DNA from: Podarcis filfolensis
Taxonomy: Eukaryota
Assembly (NCBI GenBank): GCA_964270895.1
Contig: OZ185445.1
DNA: 64,000 nt
Reading direction: 5' to 3' (one strand)
Shown here: positions 51,951-64,000 of the stretch, one piece after another
Position numbering within the stretch: the stretch's first letter is position 1
Layout of the letters: every line of letters begins with the position of its first letter
Position numbers and translations under genes: made by a program
The notes under the pieces: model-generated
Seen by the model: the letters and a program-made list of their open reading frames with translations, nothing else
What the model was told of the DNA's origin: nothing
Database searches by the model: none

Positions 51951-52784
51951 GTATGAGATCTTTCACACTATGACATTCCAAATGAGCATGTGGTAGTAAG
52001 GATGGACATAAAATGTTTCTTGTGTCTCTTCGTGTGTGTAAATGGGTGTGTGTTTGTGTGTTAACTTGTAGTGACTTAAGTGCAATGTTCTATATGTCTC
52101 TACTCATGGTTATTATTACTTTCCTTGGGAAGAATGGTGTTGTTCCTCTTGGGTGAACTACTGCAAAGGGCTGTGCATGTTTCGGTAGCTTCCCCACCTT
52201 TTTAATATGGGACTGAACAAATGTAATTCCACAGCAAACTTGTCTGCTGCCTTCTTATTATGGAGGGAACTTTTATAGTTTGTGAATGATGGATTGTTGG
52301 TGAAATCTATTTGGTTTGCAGCAGGATTCTGTCAAGATGATTCTTTTATCTTGTATTACACCAAGTAAAGTTCTGTGTTCCATATTCCCACCAACAGTGA
52401 ACTAGGCCACTGTTGTAAAAAAAGAAAAAAGGAAAGGAAAGACATAAAACTTGAGATATCTGGTCTGTCTGCTTCTATTTGCTCTTCTAGCTTTTCATAG
52501 CCAGAATGAATGCATAACTCTCAGTTCCAGTGTTATATATCCCTTGAAGGGTACTTGAGGAGTGATTCCCCTAGCAGAATACATGTGAAAAACGTTGCTT
52601 GTGCTCTCTCTGTTTTAAAGTTATCAAGGATAATACCTTGTCAACTTCAGTTCTTAATATGAACATTGTGGGATTTCAATTTAAGTTAAATATTACCCAC
52701 TGTTATTATTTTACTATTCTATTGAAAATACACAAGCATACAATTTATTGAATTTCCACTTGTTGCTTTTTGTTTCATGTTAAG

Positions 52785-52868
52785 GTGTTGGATTCAAAGT
52801 GGGAGGAGAAGAGGGCAGCAAATATTTTGTACTCCAAGTACATTATGGAGATGTTAGTGCATTCAAAG
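52785..52868 (+). CDS. PAM: PAM coding exon 6 (GVGFKVGGEEGSKYFVLQVHYGDVSAFK)
   Basis: ttaag| acceptor, AAG|gtatgt donor, 84 nt; LQVHY with the third CuH His at 52841-52843 (rat H172). Confidence 0.98.
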
Positions 52869-55800
52869 GTATGTATGGTCTTTGGATATGTTAATGTGAT
52901 GATATGTGTAATAGCTATACTATAATAAGCCTGCAACTTACATGATGTCTATGTTCCGGGGATCACGCCTTAAGCCAAAATCATATATAGTCCAAACACA
53001 TTGGGTGCATTGGGATTGCCAAAGTATTTTTTCTTGGATGCCCGCCCCTTCCACCCCCTTTTAAATTAGTTTTTTTTGCTAAGTGTGTAAAGCTGTGCAC
53101 AAGTCAAATGCATGTGAGTTGTGGGCTTATGTACATTTATATATTTGCACTGAATGCTGCCATATTCTTGTGGCTGCAGACAGATGGTGCTGCAAAGTAT
53201 AGGATGATGAGAGGCAGCCCAGGTAAGCTATAGAGGGTCATCCAGAACAGACTGCAGCAGCAGCAGCCACCCTGCTCCACTGGCTTCACTGACTACCAGC
53301 CCTGGGACTCCTTGCCCCACGATCCAGATTCTCAGGCTGACCACATTCTCCCCTCCCCACCAGCTTGCCTGGGTATTTGCTGTTGGCCCTGCCAATTAAG
53401 ATGAAAAGCTGGCCCAGGTGAGGCGTTGGCAAGAGCAGTATTAGCACAAAGCAGAGGAAGGCACTTACTGCCTGGAGATTGTCCGCTGCTGCCAATGAGG
53501 ATGAAGAGTCAGACTTGGTAAGGAAATGGATTGATCCCCAGGCCAGTTGCCACATCTGGTCACCTTACTCCTCCCAGGCTGATGGGTCATGGGTCATCCT
53601 GCTTGGTTGCAACAGTTGCATGGGGTGGAAAGCAGAAGGTCTAAGCAGTTAGAATGGGACAGGAAGGGGTTGTTGAGCAGCTCGACCCCCCCACCCCCTG
53701 TAAAAAAAAATAAAACTAAAGTGAGAAAATGGCTAGTTATTGAGACAAGTTACAATAACAGTGGCAGCTTAAATGTGTTCTAATGCAGACCCTCCTGTAT
53801 TTTAATTAATTTGGAGGTCATCTGATTTGAAACTGACTATGTAATCAGGAAATTCAAATAGTGTAAACAACATTGTCACTACCTCTTCCTTCTCTGAACT
53901 TACTGTTATGGAAGGTAGTATGCATGGTTCCCAGTAGGTCAGTGGCAGCATCTCTTTGAGTGTGTAGAAGCTGTTTCTTGAATTTGGCATATATTGTGCA
54001 TTAAAAAAAATAATAATTCCCAGCAGTTTGTTAATGTAAAACTCATAGGTGTGACATCATGCCGTTTGTACTCATTTCAGTAGCGATTTATCTTGTGTTC
54101 TGACCTTTTAATTTTTAGCAAGTAAAAATAGTTTCCAATTTAGGAACACCTGTCTGATAATGGCAGCAACCTACCAAGCCCTGTTGCTGGCCAGTGGAGG
54201 CCCCCATCAAAAGGAAGTTAAATTGCACTGTAATAGAGCTTGGTAGATTTCCCTCTCCCCATCAAGCTTCTGTCTAAAGGCCAAGTTTGCACTGGCATGG
54301 CTACAGCATAATCTTTTAACATTTTGTTTCTTGGCCCATTATTCTTTGCTGCAAAGTCTGTGAACCTTGTGCATTACATCCCATTTACAGTACATAAGAT
54401 TTCTTCCTTCCACCATAATCAACATAATAATTCCAGTATGGAAGATATACATTGCTTTATTTTTGAACTGCCCCAAATGCACAAGCAGTTAAGGGGGGTG
54501 AGGGGGTATTGTCTGGCAAGTGATTTCAGCAAGCTCTCTTCATGGAGTTATCCTTATTGCTCTATTTAGCAATATCCCTACCCAGCATCAATTACACTAT
54601 TTTCTAGAAATCTGACAAAATTTAAATTCCTGATACATAACAAATTATTTAGTGTTTATCAGTCTTTTTAATATGACTTACATTGTTTCCAATGCTTAAA
54701 AAAAAATTAAGCTGCAAAAAAGAATATGTTCTTTTGTATAAGGATATCTTTTGACCATATTAAATTGGTAGTTTCTATTTTCTAGTTACATTCATGGCTT
54801 TACAGTCATCCTTTTTCCAAAAAAAGTTAAGATGCTCATCTACACATGGTTTTTGCATAGCATTTCATGTAGTGGAATGCAAAGTTTAAGATTAATTTTT
54901 TTATCTAGCCAGCTTTCATTTTCATAGTTGTAAAATATATTTAAGAGAATTTATGCAAGTACTTGCACTACATTTCAGTCATAGCAATCATATTCCCTAG
55001 TTTCAAAACTATTTGATTATATTTCTTAACACTGGACAAATTTACAGTAATTTTCATTTGTACTATTTTACAAACTAGGCAAAAGTGGAAACTTTGTGTT
55101 TCATGCTTCCATATTTTTGAGCTATACTCCTGGAACAATAAGCCTTATCTTAGGGTATTTTGACTTCGTAAACCTTTTAATGTATCTTCTGAGTGGCAGT
55201 TACCATTTATTTTTCTCACTGATCAAAGAATTAGAAGCTGATATGCATATCACAGTGGATTTTGCTATATACACTCTGCAATCCAGAAGTGCTATTAAAC
55301 CACACTAGTAAGCACAGCTTCTTGTTTGATCTCTGTTGGAAGCTCTGCATAGAAAATCAGCTTTGAAAGAAACCTCCTTCTGAGGTGGGATGAATGCATT
55401 TTCCTCTCATTGCCACAGGGCAAATGGAAGCTAATAATTTATTTGTCCTGGAGCAATGTGTACTTGCTCTCTAGCTGAAATGCAAAATCAAAGGAATTAT
55501 CCTAGGCTGAGTGGCAAATAGGGAAGATGATTTTTAAGATGGGATGTAAGGATTGCATTGTGTCTTCGCAATCTGCTTAGCTGATGCAGCACTTGCCAAA
55601 AAAAGCAAATGTTATGATCCCATTTCTTCCAGCTTATCAAACCTGCTGAGTAGAGAGCTCGTTAGACATGACCATTTTGGGAAGTGGGTGTCTAAAGTGA
55701 TGGAAAGTAGGCCCTTACGTTGGGAGATTCTGCCAGTGTGAAAGGGGGTTCTTGTTGATACATCATAAATATTTAACACAGGGACGACCGTGGTGTTCGC

Positions 55801-57755
55801 AGAAATGAAAGACATGGCAGTTGATCTCATATGCAAGGTTGAAGCCTAGCCCAGATTTTGCTTTTGCTTTAGCACAGCAAGCAAATTTTCTGAAGTTCAC
55901 AATGATGTGTGAGTTTAGAGAGCACAATTTTCCTTGAGTTTTTGCTTGTGATGTCTAGCTTATTCATAGAGTGCTTTTTAGTAACTCCAGATATAAAGGC
56001 AGCCGTACTAGCCCACTTGCCCTGAATGCTACAACATAGCAGTCTAATGACTTTGAATAAAGTAGAAACTGCTTGACCCTATTTTGAGCGAAATGAGTCT
56101 GCCCCAAATGGGTTGAAACAGAAGTTGTTCAAGCAAATATTTTCTGCATTCAGCTTCAACTTTGCTATATTTGTTAGTTCTCAGTAATTCTGCTATGTAT
56201 ATAAACACAAGTAGCTCTTTGCATTTCATTTAGCATAAACATATGTACAGCATGTCTTCAGGATTTTTTCTTTTTTTCCCTTTGCATGTATACCTGTCTT
56301 TAGAAAAATCCGCCTGTTTGGTTGGGTGTGGATTTCATAAAACCCTAATATCCTAAAGGACACATCAAAAACAAATAGCTGAAATATACAATAGTGCGTT
56401 ACAAAAATGTTGAATCTGAGGAAGTGACATTCAAGTCTTCTTCAGTCTAAAGCTTCTTCTCTGACTAGTGACATTTGCTGCTTCTGGTGACCACCATCCA
56501 TGGTTGATTGGAACTGGAAGTTGTGGTGGTTGTTGTTTCTGCTGCTGTTGTTGATGATGACTGTGCCCCATCTTTTTCCTTGACAGGGACTCCAGGCTGC
56601 TTACAAATAAAACAAAACAGAAACACAGCTAAAATAATAGGGGGGAAACAATCACTTGTTACCTTCCACAGATTGCAAACCGTTGGTGTGACATCTCTGA
56701 CTGGGTGTAAAATGAAAGCAGTCAACAAGATTATTTGAGGAAGAACAAGAGATTGTAAAGTTTTCAACGTTGTTTTTTTTTTTTAAGAGCACTGCTTTTC
56801 TGCATATCTCTGTAGTGAATGAAACTCCTTAGTGATTCATCTTCCCTCCTGATATGTACTTCCCTGTACTTTCCCCCAACTCACCTCACAACTCTCCCAA
56901 TGTTGGGTGAAACATCTTTCAGCATTCAATATGAAATGAGAAAGGAAATTTAAAAAACAGGGGGTCCACAGTACTTAGCAAACTTGGAACCATTAGGCTA
57001 GATAATTTATTTGTTTAGCAGAAAACTGCTGACCTGTTATACAGTAGTAACGTCCCAAAACAAGAAGTATTGGATGCAAAAGAAAAACGTTCAACATTTG
57101 TTGTTGGATGCTTTGAATGTCTAACATAGACACTATGGGCTGTATCCAGTGTTCTTTGCCTGCCAGTTGCAATGACTTTTGCACTAGCAGACAGGTGAGT
57201 TTTAATGTTGCAAAGCAGAGGAATCCATTGCAACTGTTGTGCTAGCAGAAACCTGTTTGCTCAGCAGATCAAAGCTACCAGCAACCAACTTAAGTGCTCT
57301 CTTGCGCAACAGTGTTCCAGCTGATGCAAAACATTTTTGCCAGCAGGACAAATATACTTTAGCTTAGCACTGCATTGCATATAGGCCTTTGTGGCAATAA
57401 AAATATTTTGCACCAGGAAGAAATATGTCTTCTAATGTCTTAGTTTTGCCTCCCTGCTTAAAATATATTGCTTGATTTTCAGTACGAAAAATAATAATCC
57501 TTTCTGGTTTTCAAAATATAATTACCAACTTTCAAGCTTCTGTAGTACAGTATATAACATGCATTCTTCATATTATTTCAACACTGAAAGAGAATTTGAT
57601 GCAAATGCATCACCGGCACAGCAGAGTGACTTTGTTATGTGTATAGCTTGTCTAATAAGAAAACGTTATGCAGAAAGCATTTAGTAATCACACTCATGTA
57701 TTAATGGAAAAATGTCAATGCTTCTACTTAATATCCATTTTTATGTTTTGTGCAG

Positions 57756-57804
57756 ATAAACACAAAGACTGTTCTGGTGTAACTTTACATCTGACTAATC
57801 AAAA
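57756..57804 (+). CDS. PAM: PAM coding exon 7 (DKHKDCSGVTLHLTNQ)
   Basis: tgcag| acceptor, AA|gtaagt donor, 49 nt; DCSGV motif. Confidence 0.96.
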
Positions 57805-58790
57805 GTAAGTATATTTCTAACATCTTTCATGTCAGTTCCCCGCCCCCCTAAAATCTTCTTTTGAAGAGATCAATGTGAACTTTGTCAGAAAATTTATGAG
57901 AAGAACAAAACCTTATGTTGACCCTGGTGTACGCTGAAGCATACTGTTTAGGGGTTTGAGTGTGCGTGTGTGTTTAAAGAGACCAATTAACATCTTCAGA
58001 TTTACTTCAGAATATATTCGATTCTTAAAATTGAGAAAAGGCAAGTTGGACTAAGTGAGATAATCAACTAGTTGACTTTCATGTCTTGGTAAATCAAATG
58101 TTTCATACATAATGTGTAGCTGCCCAGAATATTTCCAGAAAGTCTTGTATATCACTCCTTTTTTCCTCTTCATATTTGATTTTTAAAAGTTTGGATCTAT
58201 CCATCTCTATTTTTCCCTTGACAAACCCAACTTCATACTGGTGTTGTTTATTTCATTCCTCAGATCCCAATTTCTTTGAAGTTGAAAGTTAGCTTGCTTC
58301 CCCTTTCCTTCCCCCCCAGTAAATTTCACATCATATGAACCTTTTATGTGCTCATCACATCTCCTTTGCCCAACTGATTACTTCAACTACTGAAAAGATC
58401 ATTCTGACCTGAATCATGCATTCAACCAAGGGTGGAACTGCAATAGCTTTGGTGAAGAATCAGCTGAAACCTTTCCCTCTGGTATGCACTGAGCCCTCTC
58501 ACTAGTGCCTTTTTGAGATTTCTTTCTCCACCCTCCCAGAAAAATCTGTGAAGCAGCCCTCCACATAGATAGGTACTGAGAAAGAGGCTTGGGGCTAAAA
58601 CAGATTATAAATGTGTGGTCATATTTAAAATATTTTTTAAAAGATAAACTTTTCAGTTGTTGGGGATGTGCCCAATCAGCATCAGAAATGTTGCATCTCA
58701 CCCTTTCAAAGTTTTATAGATCCACACTTTGCACACTAAAGGAGAAACAGGAGTGACTATGTCTGTTTTTCTGTGCAACATCTCTTAGTG

Positions 58791-59358
58791 CAGAGGTTTT
58801 CAACCTTTTTGAGTCTACAGCTCTGTTGACCAACTACATTCTTTCTGTGGCTCCCCTGTGGGGTCAGAAGCCTAGTTATGCCACCCCTTGCCTGCAGAGC
58901 CAGCAGCCCCTCACCCCTTTTTGAACACCCTCCCTTGTGGAGTATTCCCTCAGCCTCTTTTCCTCACCCCTCCCCTTGGGAGTCCTCCAGGCAGCAGTCG
59001 CTGCCACCCCTAGTCCCTGACCTTCCTGGACTCCTTCTTGTCCATCCACTCCCAACAGGCTGGTAGACTGTCTGGCTGGCTGGGCTCCCTCACCTACTTT
59101 CTTGCTTACTCCAAGGCCACCACAGCTCCTGGCAACCAGCACCTGCTGGCCAGCCCCAGAGAGACCATTCACCTAGGGAGCTTGTAGCCAGGGTTGCTGC
59201 AACAAACAGCCACAGAAGCCTTTGGGGGCCAGAGATGTGAGAGGGCATCAGAGGAGGGAGGAATGGAAAGAGGGACAGAGGCCAGTGTCGCCCACAGTGT
59301 CCCTAACTATCATTCAAGGCACCCCAGGATGCCACCGCACACTGTATGAAAACCACTG
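58791..59358. mobile_element. hAT non-autonomous element (568 bp)
   Basis: TIR cag(a/t)ggttttca (11/12); 8-bp TSD tcttagtg (58783-58790) / tctcagtg (59359-59366). Explains ORFs at 58876-59172. Confidence 0.87.
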
Positions 59359-59609
59359 TCTCAGTGTAGCATTTTTTTTTATTTAACAAAATTTATATTA
59401 TGCATGATTGTAAGAAAAGCTCTGTATAAGTCTCCGTCCAATGGATAAATATGTAGTATCCTACTAATTTGCATGGTGTGTGTGTATTTGAATTTGAAAA
59501 GTGCTGTATCAGTTCAGCTATTTTATATTAGAAGGAGCCATATAATAAGTGATTCAATGTATTTGATTTGAATTTCTCTCTCCTTCCCACCCCACTTTCT
59601 TTTTTTAAG

Positions 59610-59677
59610 GCAGCCTATGATTGCTGGCATGTATCTTATGATGTCCATGGATACTGTTATACCACCAGGGGAGAAAG
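59610..59677 (+). CDS. PAM: PAM coding exon 8 (KQPMIAGMYLMMSMDTVIPPGEK)
   Basis: ttttttaag| acceptor, AAG|gtgatt donor, 68 nt; QPxIAGMYLM inter-domain motif. Confidence 0.96.
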
Positions 59678-61087
59678 GTGATTACAACAACTCCCTCCTC
59701 CCACTAATATGTTCAACACTTTCACTGTAGGATATAATTTCATAGGAAATGTGTTATAAAACCTTTGATTAATACTGGAAGTAGTAATGTAACTTATATA
59801 TCCATTTCAATATGTAGCAAATTATAAACATATTTTATTATTAGACACACCAGCAGTACAATTTAGGAAAACAGATATCAATTCTTTTAGACTAATACAT
59901 TTTGAAAGCATTTCTTTTGATTTTCATTAAGCACAAACTCCTTTTAAACCAGTAGTAAGTCTACTTTTTCCAAAGCTTGAAATGAAGTGTGTATACATAG
60001 AAGAACTGCATGTTTGAATATTTAGATAAATATATATTTCTATTTTTGTTTCTGAATATTAATGTGTCCTGGAATGTATATTGCTGATAGAAGTTTTTGC
60101 TTGAATACTTTTTGTATGTGTTTGTTTGTGCATGTGGTAAAGCTGTTCCAAGATGGCGTAACATGCATCTTTAATTATTACTGAAACATGATCAGCATTT
60201 TAATATAGCAAATGAATAACAGCTTGGAACATCTTTTTTTCAACTACTCTTAGATTAGTATCCAAATTCCACTTACACTTGGGAATTTGAAAATTATGCT
60301 TTATTGTTTATGTGGATGGGCCTTGGGTCACATTCTCTCTCTTCCTCCTGCCCCACACCCTTGTAGGTATGAGTAGGAGGCTGGAAGCTTTGCTTCTTTT
60401 AATGGACCACAGTTCAATGTTATATCTGAACCCAAAACTCTGCTTAGTCTTTTCTGTGTTTTATTATTGAAATGAGCTGGTTCGTAAACCAAGTAATAAA
60501 ATAAGTTTAAGACTACGCCTTTCTGAATTCTACTGTTAGCTAAAACCAGAAGTGAAAGCTTCTGATTTCATCATGGACACACCTAAGGGGAAGAGAGGTG
60601 AACGCAAGCCTCAGGTTCATTCATGTAATGCAGCCATTGTGGTCTTTCATGATCCCAGTGTTAGACCATTAACTAATTAAGAAGTTTCTCATAAAATTGT
60701 TGGGGAACACTTGTTTGGTGTTTTCTTATTTGTTTGAAATGATCTGTTGTGCCCCACTCAGATTTCCCTGTATACTCCAGTACACATGGGAATCTGCCAC
60801 ATGTTTTGTATATAAGGAAACAGCTGTACCACGTATGTGAATTGATGCAGACACAACATTGTCCCAGTAGAACAGTTCTTAAGAGCAATGTGTCAGTGAA
60901 AGATATGCCCATACTAATTTTTAGATGAATGAGTAGAGTCAGTAATTTCACACACTACATTTCACATTGATGTACTTCTAATTAGATGGTTTGAGTTTTT
61001 AATTGCAACAATAGTTCCAACTAGCTGCTTCAACTTCAGTATGTACATGCCCTTTCCCCTGATTTCCTTATTTATCTCTTATGACAG

Positions 61088-61168
61088 CGGTTAATGCAGA
61101 TATTGCTTGCAGTTATAAAATGTATCCAATGCACGTGTTTGCCTACAGAGTACACACACATCATTTAG
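61088..61168 (+). CDS. PAM: PAM coding exon 9 (AVNADIACSYKMYPMHVFAYRVHTHHL)
   Basis: gacag| acceptor, TAG|gtaagc donor, 81 nt; FAYRVHTHHLG with substrate-binding Arg and CuM His ligands at 61153-61155 and 61159-61161 (rat R240/H242/H244). Confidence 0.98.
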   Translation, partial: RLMQILLAVIKCIQCTCLPTEYTHII

Positions 61169-61772
61169 GTAAGCCTTTTCATTTATTGATGATTGTCTTT
61201 TCAATCTGGTTTTGCTGTAATCCATATTAACTCATAATGTCTGAATTGAATTATATAGTGTCAAAACTTGTCAATCAATTTAAATCTGAAGAACGACAGA
61301 AAAGCCTGGTATAAGCATGTTTTATATATCCAGTTCCAAGCTTATACAACACATAAAGTGGCTAAGGCAAGGTTGGGAAATGTGGCTGTTGAAATGTGTT
61401 GTTGCTCTCCAACTGGCATCCAGTCTGTATGCCCAGTGGTCCGGAATGATGAGAGCTGTAGTTCAACAAAAACTGAAAGGTTGTAAATTCCCCATCCCTG
61501 GACTAAAGGCATGTGATTTAAAGGTGATTGGGGGGGGTTGGAGGGGAGGGGGGAATAAACTGAGAATTTGGGGCAGAGGAAAACAGCACACTCAAAACAG
61601 ATTTTAAGAAACTAACGTGAGCTCACAGCTAGCCATTAAGAATAGTATCAACTGTTTTTGCAAGATTTTGCGCTTCTTTGAGAGAATTGAGTTGGACAGT
61701 TGTTGAGCACCTTCTTAAAAACAGTTATAAAGTGAGGCTCATGCCTTAATTTAATCCTTGTCATTCATTCTT

Positions 61773-61788
61773 ACACACACACACACAC
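61773..61788. repeat. (AC)8 microsatellite
   Basis: Read directly. Confidence 0.9.
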
Positions 61789-62198
61789 CCCTTAATGATG
61801 TCCATTTATATATAGACAAAAACCATTTTTTCCAAAGGAAGGAGCATTGTTAACACACATTATGAATAAATGTGTGTCGCACCACATCACATGATGTCAG
61901 CTATGTTTTCAGCAGTTTGAAAGCTGGGTGTGCTTTGGGGGGAAATGGTTTGGCAGGCCGAACTAAACCCCTTGGTAGAGTTGCCCATGTCTGACATGTG
62001 TTTGGGTGATAAATAACAGAGAGCACTCAAGCGTCTTAAAGTTTTTAATTGTTTAAAAACACAACCAGCAAACCAACTTTTTATACAATATTTGAATTTA
62101 TTTTATGAAATGAAAGTAGCATAACTGTAACAATCTGGAAAAAAATAATTATCTTGCTAAACATATGATACTTATACTCTTATAATTTTATATTTCAG

Positions 62199-62275
62199 GA
62201 AAAGTAGTAAGTGGATACAGAGTTAGAGATGGTCAGTGGACGCTGATTGGCAGGCAGAGTCCTCAGTTGCCACAG
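62199..62275 (+). CDS. PAM: PAM coding exon 10 (GKVVSGYRVRDGQWTLIGRQSPQLPQ)
   Basis: tttcag| acceptor, CAG|gtatgt donor, 77 nt. The next exon (AFYPV..., with the CuM Met) was not found before 64000. Confidence 0.97.
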
Positions 62276-62741
62276 GTATGTTGGGCTGATGTTTGGGTGG
62301 CTAGGGTTAATATGGAGAAGCTGGAAGGTCTAAATCCCTTTCTTTGTGTTTCTGATATTATGTACTTGAAATTTAAATGGATACCTTGAATTTGCAGGTT
62401 AAGCTTGGAAAGACTGACATTTCACATGTTACATGAATTACTTGGAGTTGAGGAAGCTTTAAGATTTTTTAAATGGACAAAAGCTGTACTTGTGTGGGGC
62501 CAGTTCAGCAATCGGTAGCCCATCTAGTTATTGGCCAGAGTTTGGCAGCTGGACTGAGTAGTCAGAACATATCTTTTTGTTTATAATTTTTAGACTGCTT
62601 AATATAATCACAATCCAAAATGCGGTTTATGTAAAAAAAGAATAAAAAGAAAGCAACAAAATAGAGATGCATATGATTTACTGCAACAACTTAAGCATTG
62701 CAAAACACTCTGCGGCAAAATAAAACTTGTGACCTATTGAA

Positions 62742-62846
62742 AGTCATAGAATTGAAGAGTTGGAAGGTCATCCAGCTAACCCAACTCCTGCAATGCAGAA
62801 ATATTTCACCCAACATGGGGCTTGAGCCCATAGCCATGAGATTAAC
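62742..62846 (-). mobile_element. tRNA-derived SINE with CR1-like 3' tail (fragment)
   Basis: catagaattgaagagttggaagg...cctgcaatgcag (CR1 tail) joined to ggggcttgagcccatagccatgagattaa (reverse tRNA-like B-box region). Confidence 0.6.
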
Positions 62847-63953
62847 TATCCAAGGCATTCAAGTATTTTTATCCAAAAAAGGTGTAGAGGTTATAATTAT
62901 TAGACTTGTCATCAGATTCCTCTAATACAGTATTATGTTGCTTGTAGGTCGAGTTGTTGCAATCAATCATATGCATCTCTAGTGAACGAGATCATGGTTT
63001 GCTGTATAGTTTTGGTGCAAACTAAAATTAGCGTGACATGACCATTTTTCATGCTTGCAGTATCCCTTTTCCTTTTGCAATATAGAAAGGAATGTGATGA
63101 GAGACCCAAGATTATTCTTAAAATGAAAGCCCATTGTTGAAGGCAGAGAAACTTCAGTCAGTTGCCACAGAATCCAACACTGACAATAACATTACAGTGT
63201 TTCTGTTTATCATAATTTTAATAGTTTGTCATATTGTTATCAAATGCAGATGCGATGAGATGATTTCTTAATCTAGGTTTCTCTTGCAAGATGCCTGGAG
63301 GCCTGCATGAGTTTCACCCTTGCTTGAAAGATGAGCAGTCTCACCTCTCTGAGCTGCTGTGTGTCTCATAAGGAAGATTTGTGTTTTAAATGTGTTGCAT
63401 GCTAGGCATTGCAGAACTCTCCTGCATTGTAAAACAATAACCAGTGGCTATTTATCTTGCCAGTAAGTCAGGCTTATGAAGTTCAGCAGACTCCATAGCA
63501 ACCAAGATGACCACTATGATTCATCTTGTCATCAAATGAAAATCAGTGAATCAGATGAAAATCAGTGGAAATATAGAGAGTGCATCTCTAGGCAAGCTCA
63601 AAATACAGAATGGCATCTCTCATTGCTGGAAAGAGCACTGGATGCCTGACTGTGAATGCTTAATGTAGCCACCTTGATTTCATGGCTGCAGTCTGCGGTG
63701 GAGTGTGCATATTTTCAGGGGGTGCACTTTACTATTATTTTTTAATCTCCTATTTGAAGATGTTCTCTCAGAACCCTCCAAATGAACCCATATTTGAAAA
63801 GTAGCATTGCTTAATGAAGCATTTATAAAGGGACATCAATAAAAATAATTGTGTGTACACAGGAACTCTTGAAAGATCTCTTGATACACTTAAGTAAGTA
63901 AAATTAAATGAGTAAACTCTGAGTGGTTAAACTGTGACCTCCAGATGTTGTTT

Positions 63954-63968
63954 GATGATGATGATGAT
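63954..63968. repeat. (GAT)5 microsatellite
   Basis: Read directly. Confidence 0.85.
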
Positions 63969-64000
63969 GAAAATGACAACTCCCTTCATCCCTGACCATT

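Larger units (their letters stand above)
31046..62275 (+). other. PAM: PAM gene, partial (first coding exon through 10th coding exon; 5' non-coding exon(s) and 3' half outside window)
   Basis: Ten exons, all with GT-AG boundaries and compatible phases, splice to: MAGLVNNLLILFLIFQNSCLAFRSPLSVFKRYKDSAKSHSNECLGSNRQLVPLSLSDFALDIRMPGVTPKQSDTYLCMSVRLPVEEEAYVVDFKPHASMDTVHHMLLFGCNNPSSDEDYWDCDGGTCTDTSNILYAWARNAPPTRLPKGVGFKVGGEEGSKYFVLQVHYGDVSAFKDKHKDCSGVTLHLTNQKQPMIAGMYLMMSMDTVIPPGEKAVNADIACSYKMYPMHVFAYRVHTHHLGKVVSGYRVRDGQWTLIGRQSPQLPQ (268 aa, no stop). Recognised as the PHM domain of vertebrate PAM. Coding exon lengths 92,121,58,88,86,84,49,68,81,77; introns 1275,6876,6997,4878,834,4887,1805,1410,1030 nt. 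Confidence 0.98.

Noticed and set aside
58876-59172. GC-rich 98-aa and 62-aa ORFs, possible CpG island or promoter
   Set aside because: Internal to the hAT element 58791-59358 and CpG-poor.
59607-59613. Tandem acceptor tAAG|gCAG at coding exon 8
   Set aside because: The distal AG removes 4 nt and frameshifts; only the proximal AG keeps the PHM frame, and there is no evidence of use.

Overview
AT-rich, CpG-depleted vertebrate genomic DNA. A near-intact Sauria SINE and squamate-type MITEs suggest a lizard, probably a lacertid (inference). The window holds the 5' part of PAM (peptidylglycine alpha-amidating monooxygenase) on the + strand. About 31 kb of presumed intron 1 is followed by a first coding exon (31046-31571, ATG at 31480) and nine more GT-AG exons up to 62275. 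Spliced, they give an uninterrupted 804-nt / 268-aa frame covering the signal peptide, the FRSPLSVFKR pro-peptide and most of the PHM copper monooxygenase domain, with both CuH and two of three CuM ligands. The promoter and the rest of the gene lie outside the window. The remainder is intronic and carries many transposon relics (Tc1/mariner-pogo and hAT MITEs with TIRs/TSDs, CR1, L2, Penelope-like tails, SINEs) and microsatellites. No clearly new biological system is demonstrable from sequence alone. Best leads: a five-uORF/eight-uATG leader on PAM with a possible bypass acceptor, a perfect intronic hairpin that masks a consensus 5' splice site with a U1-like arm, an antisense exon-intron-exon-like module, and a candidate in-frame 39-nt cassette exon.
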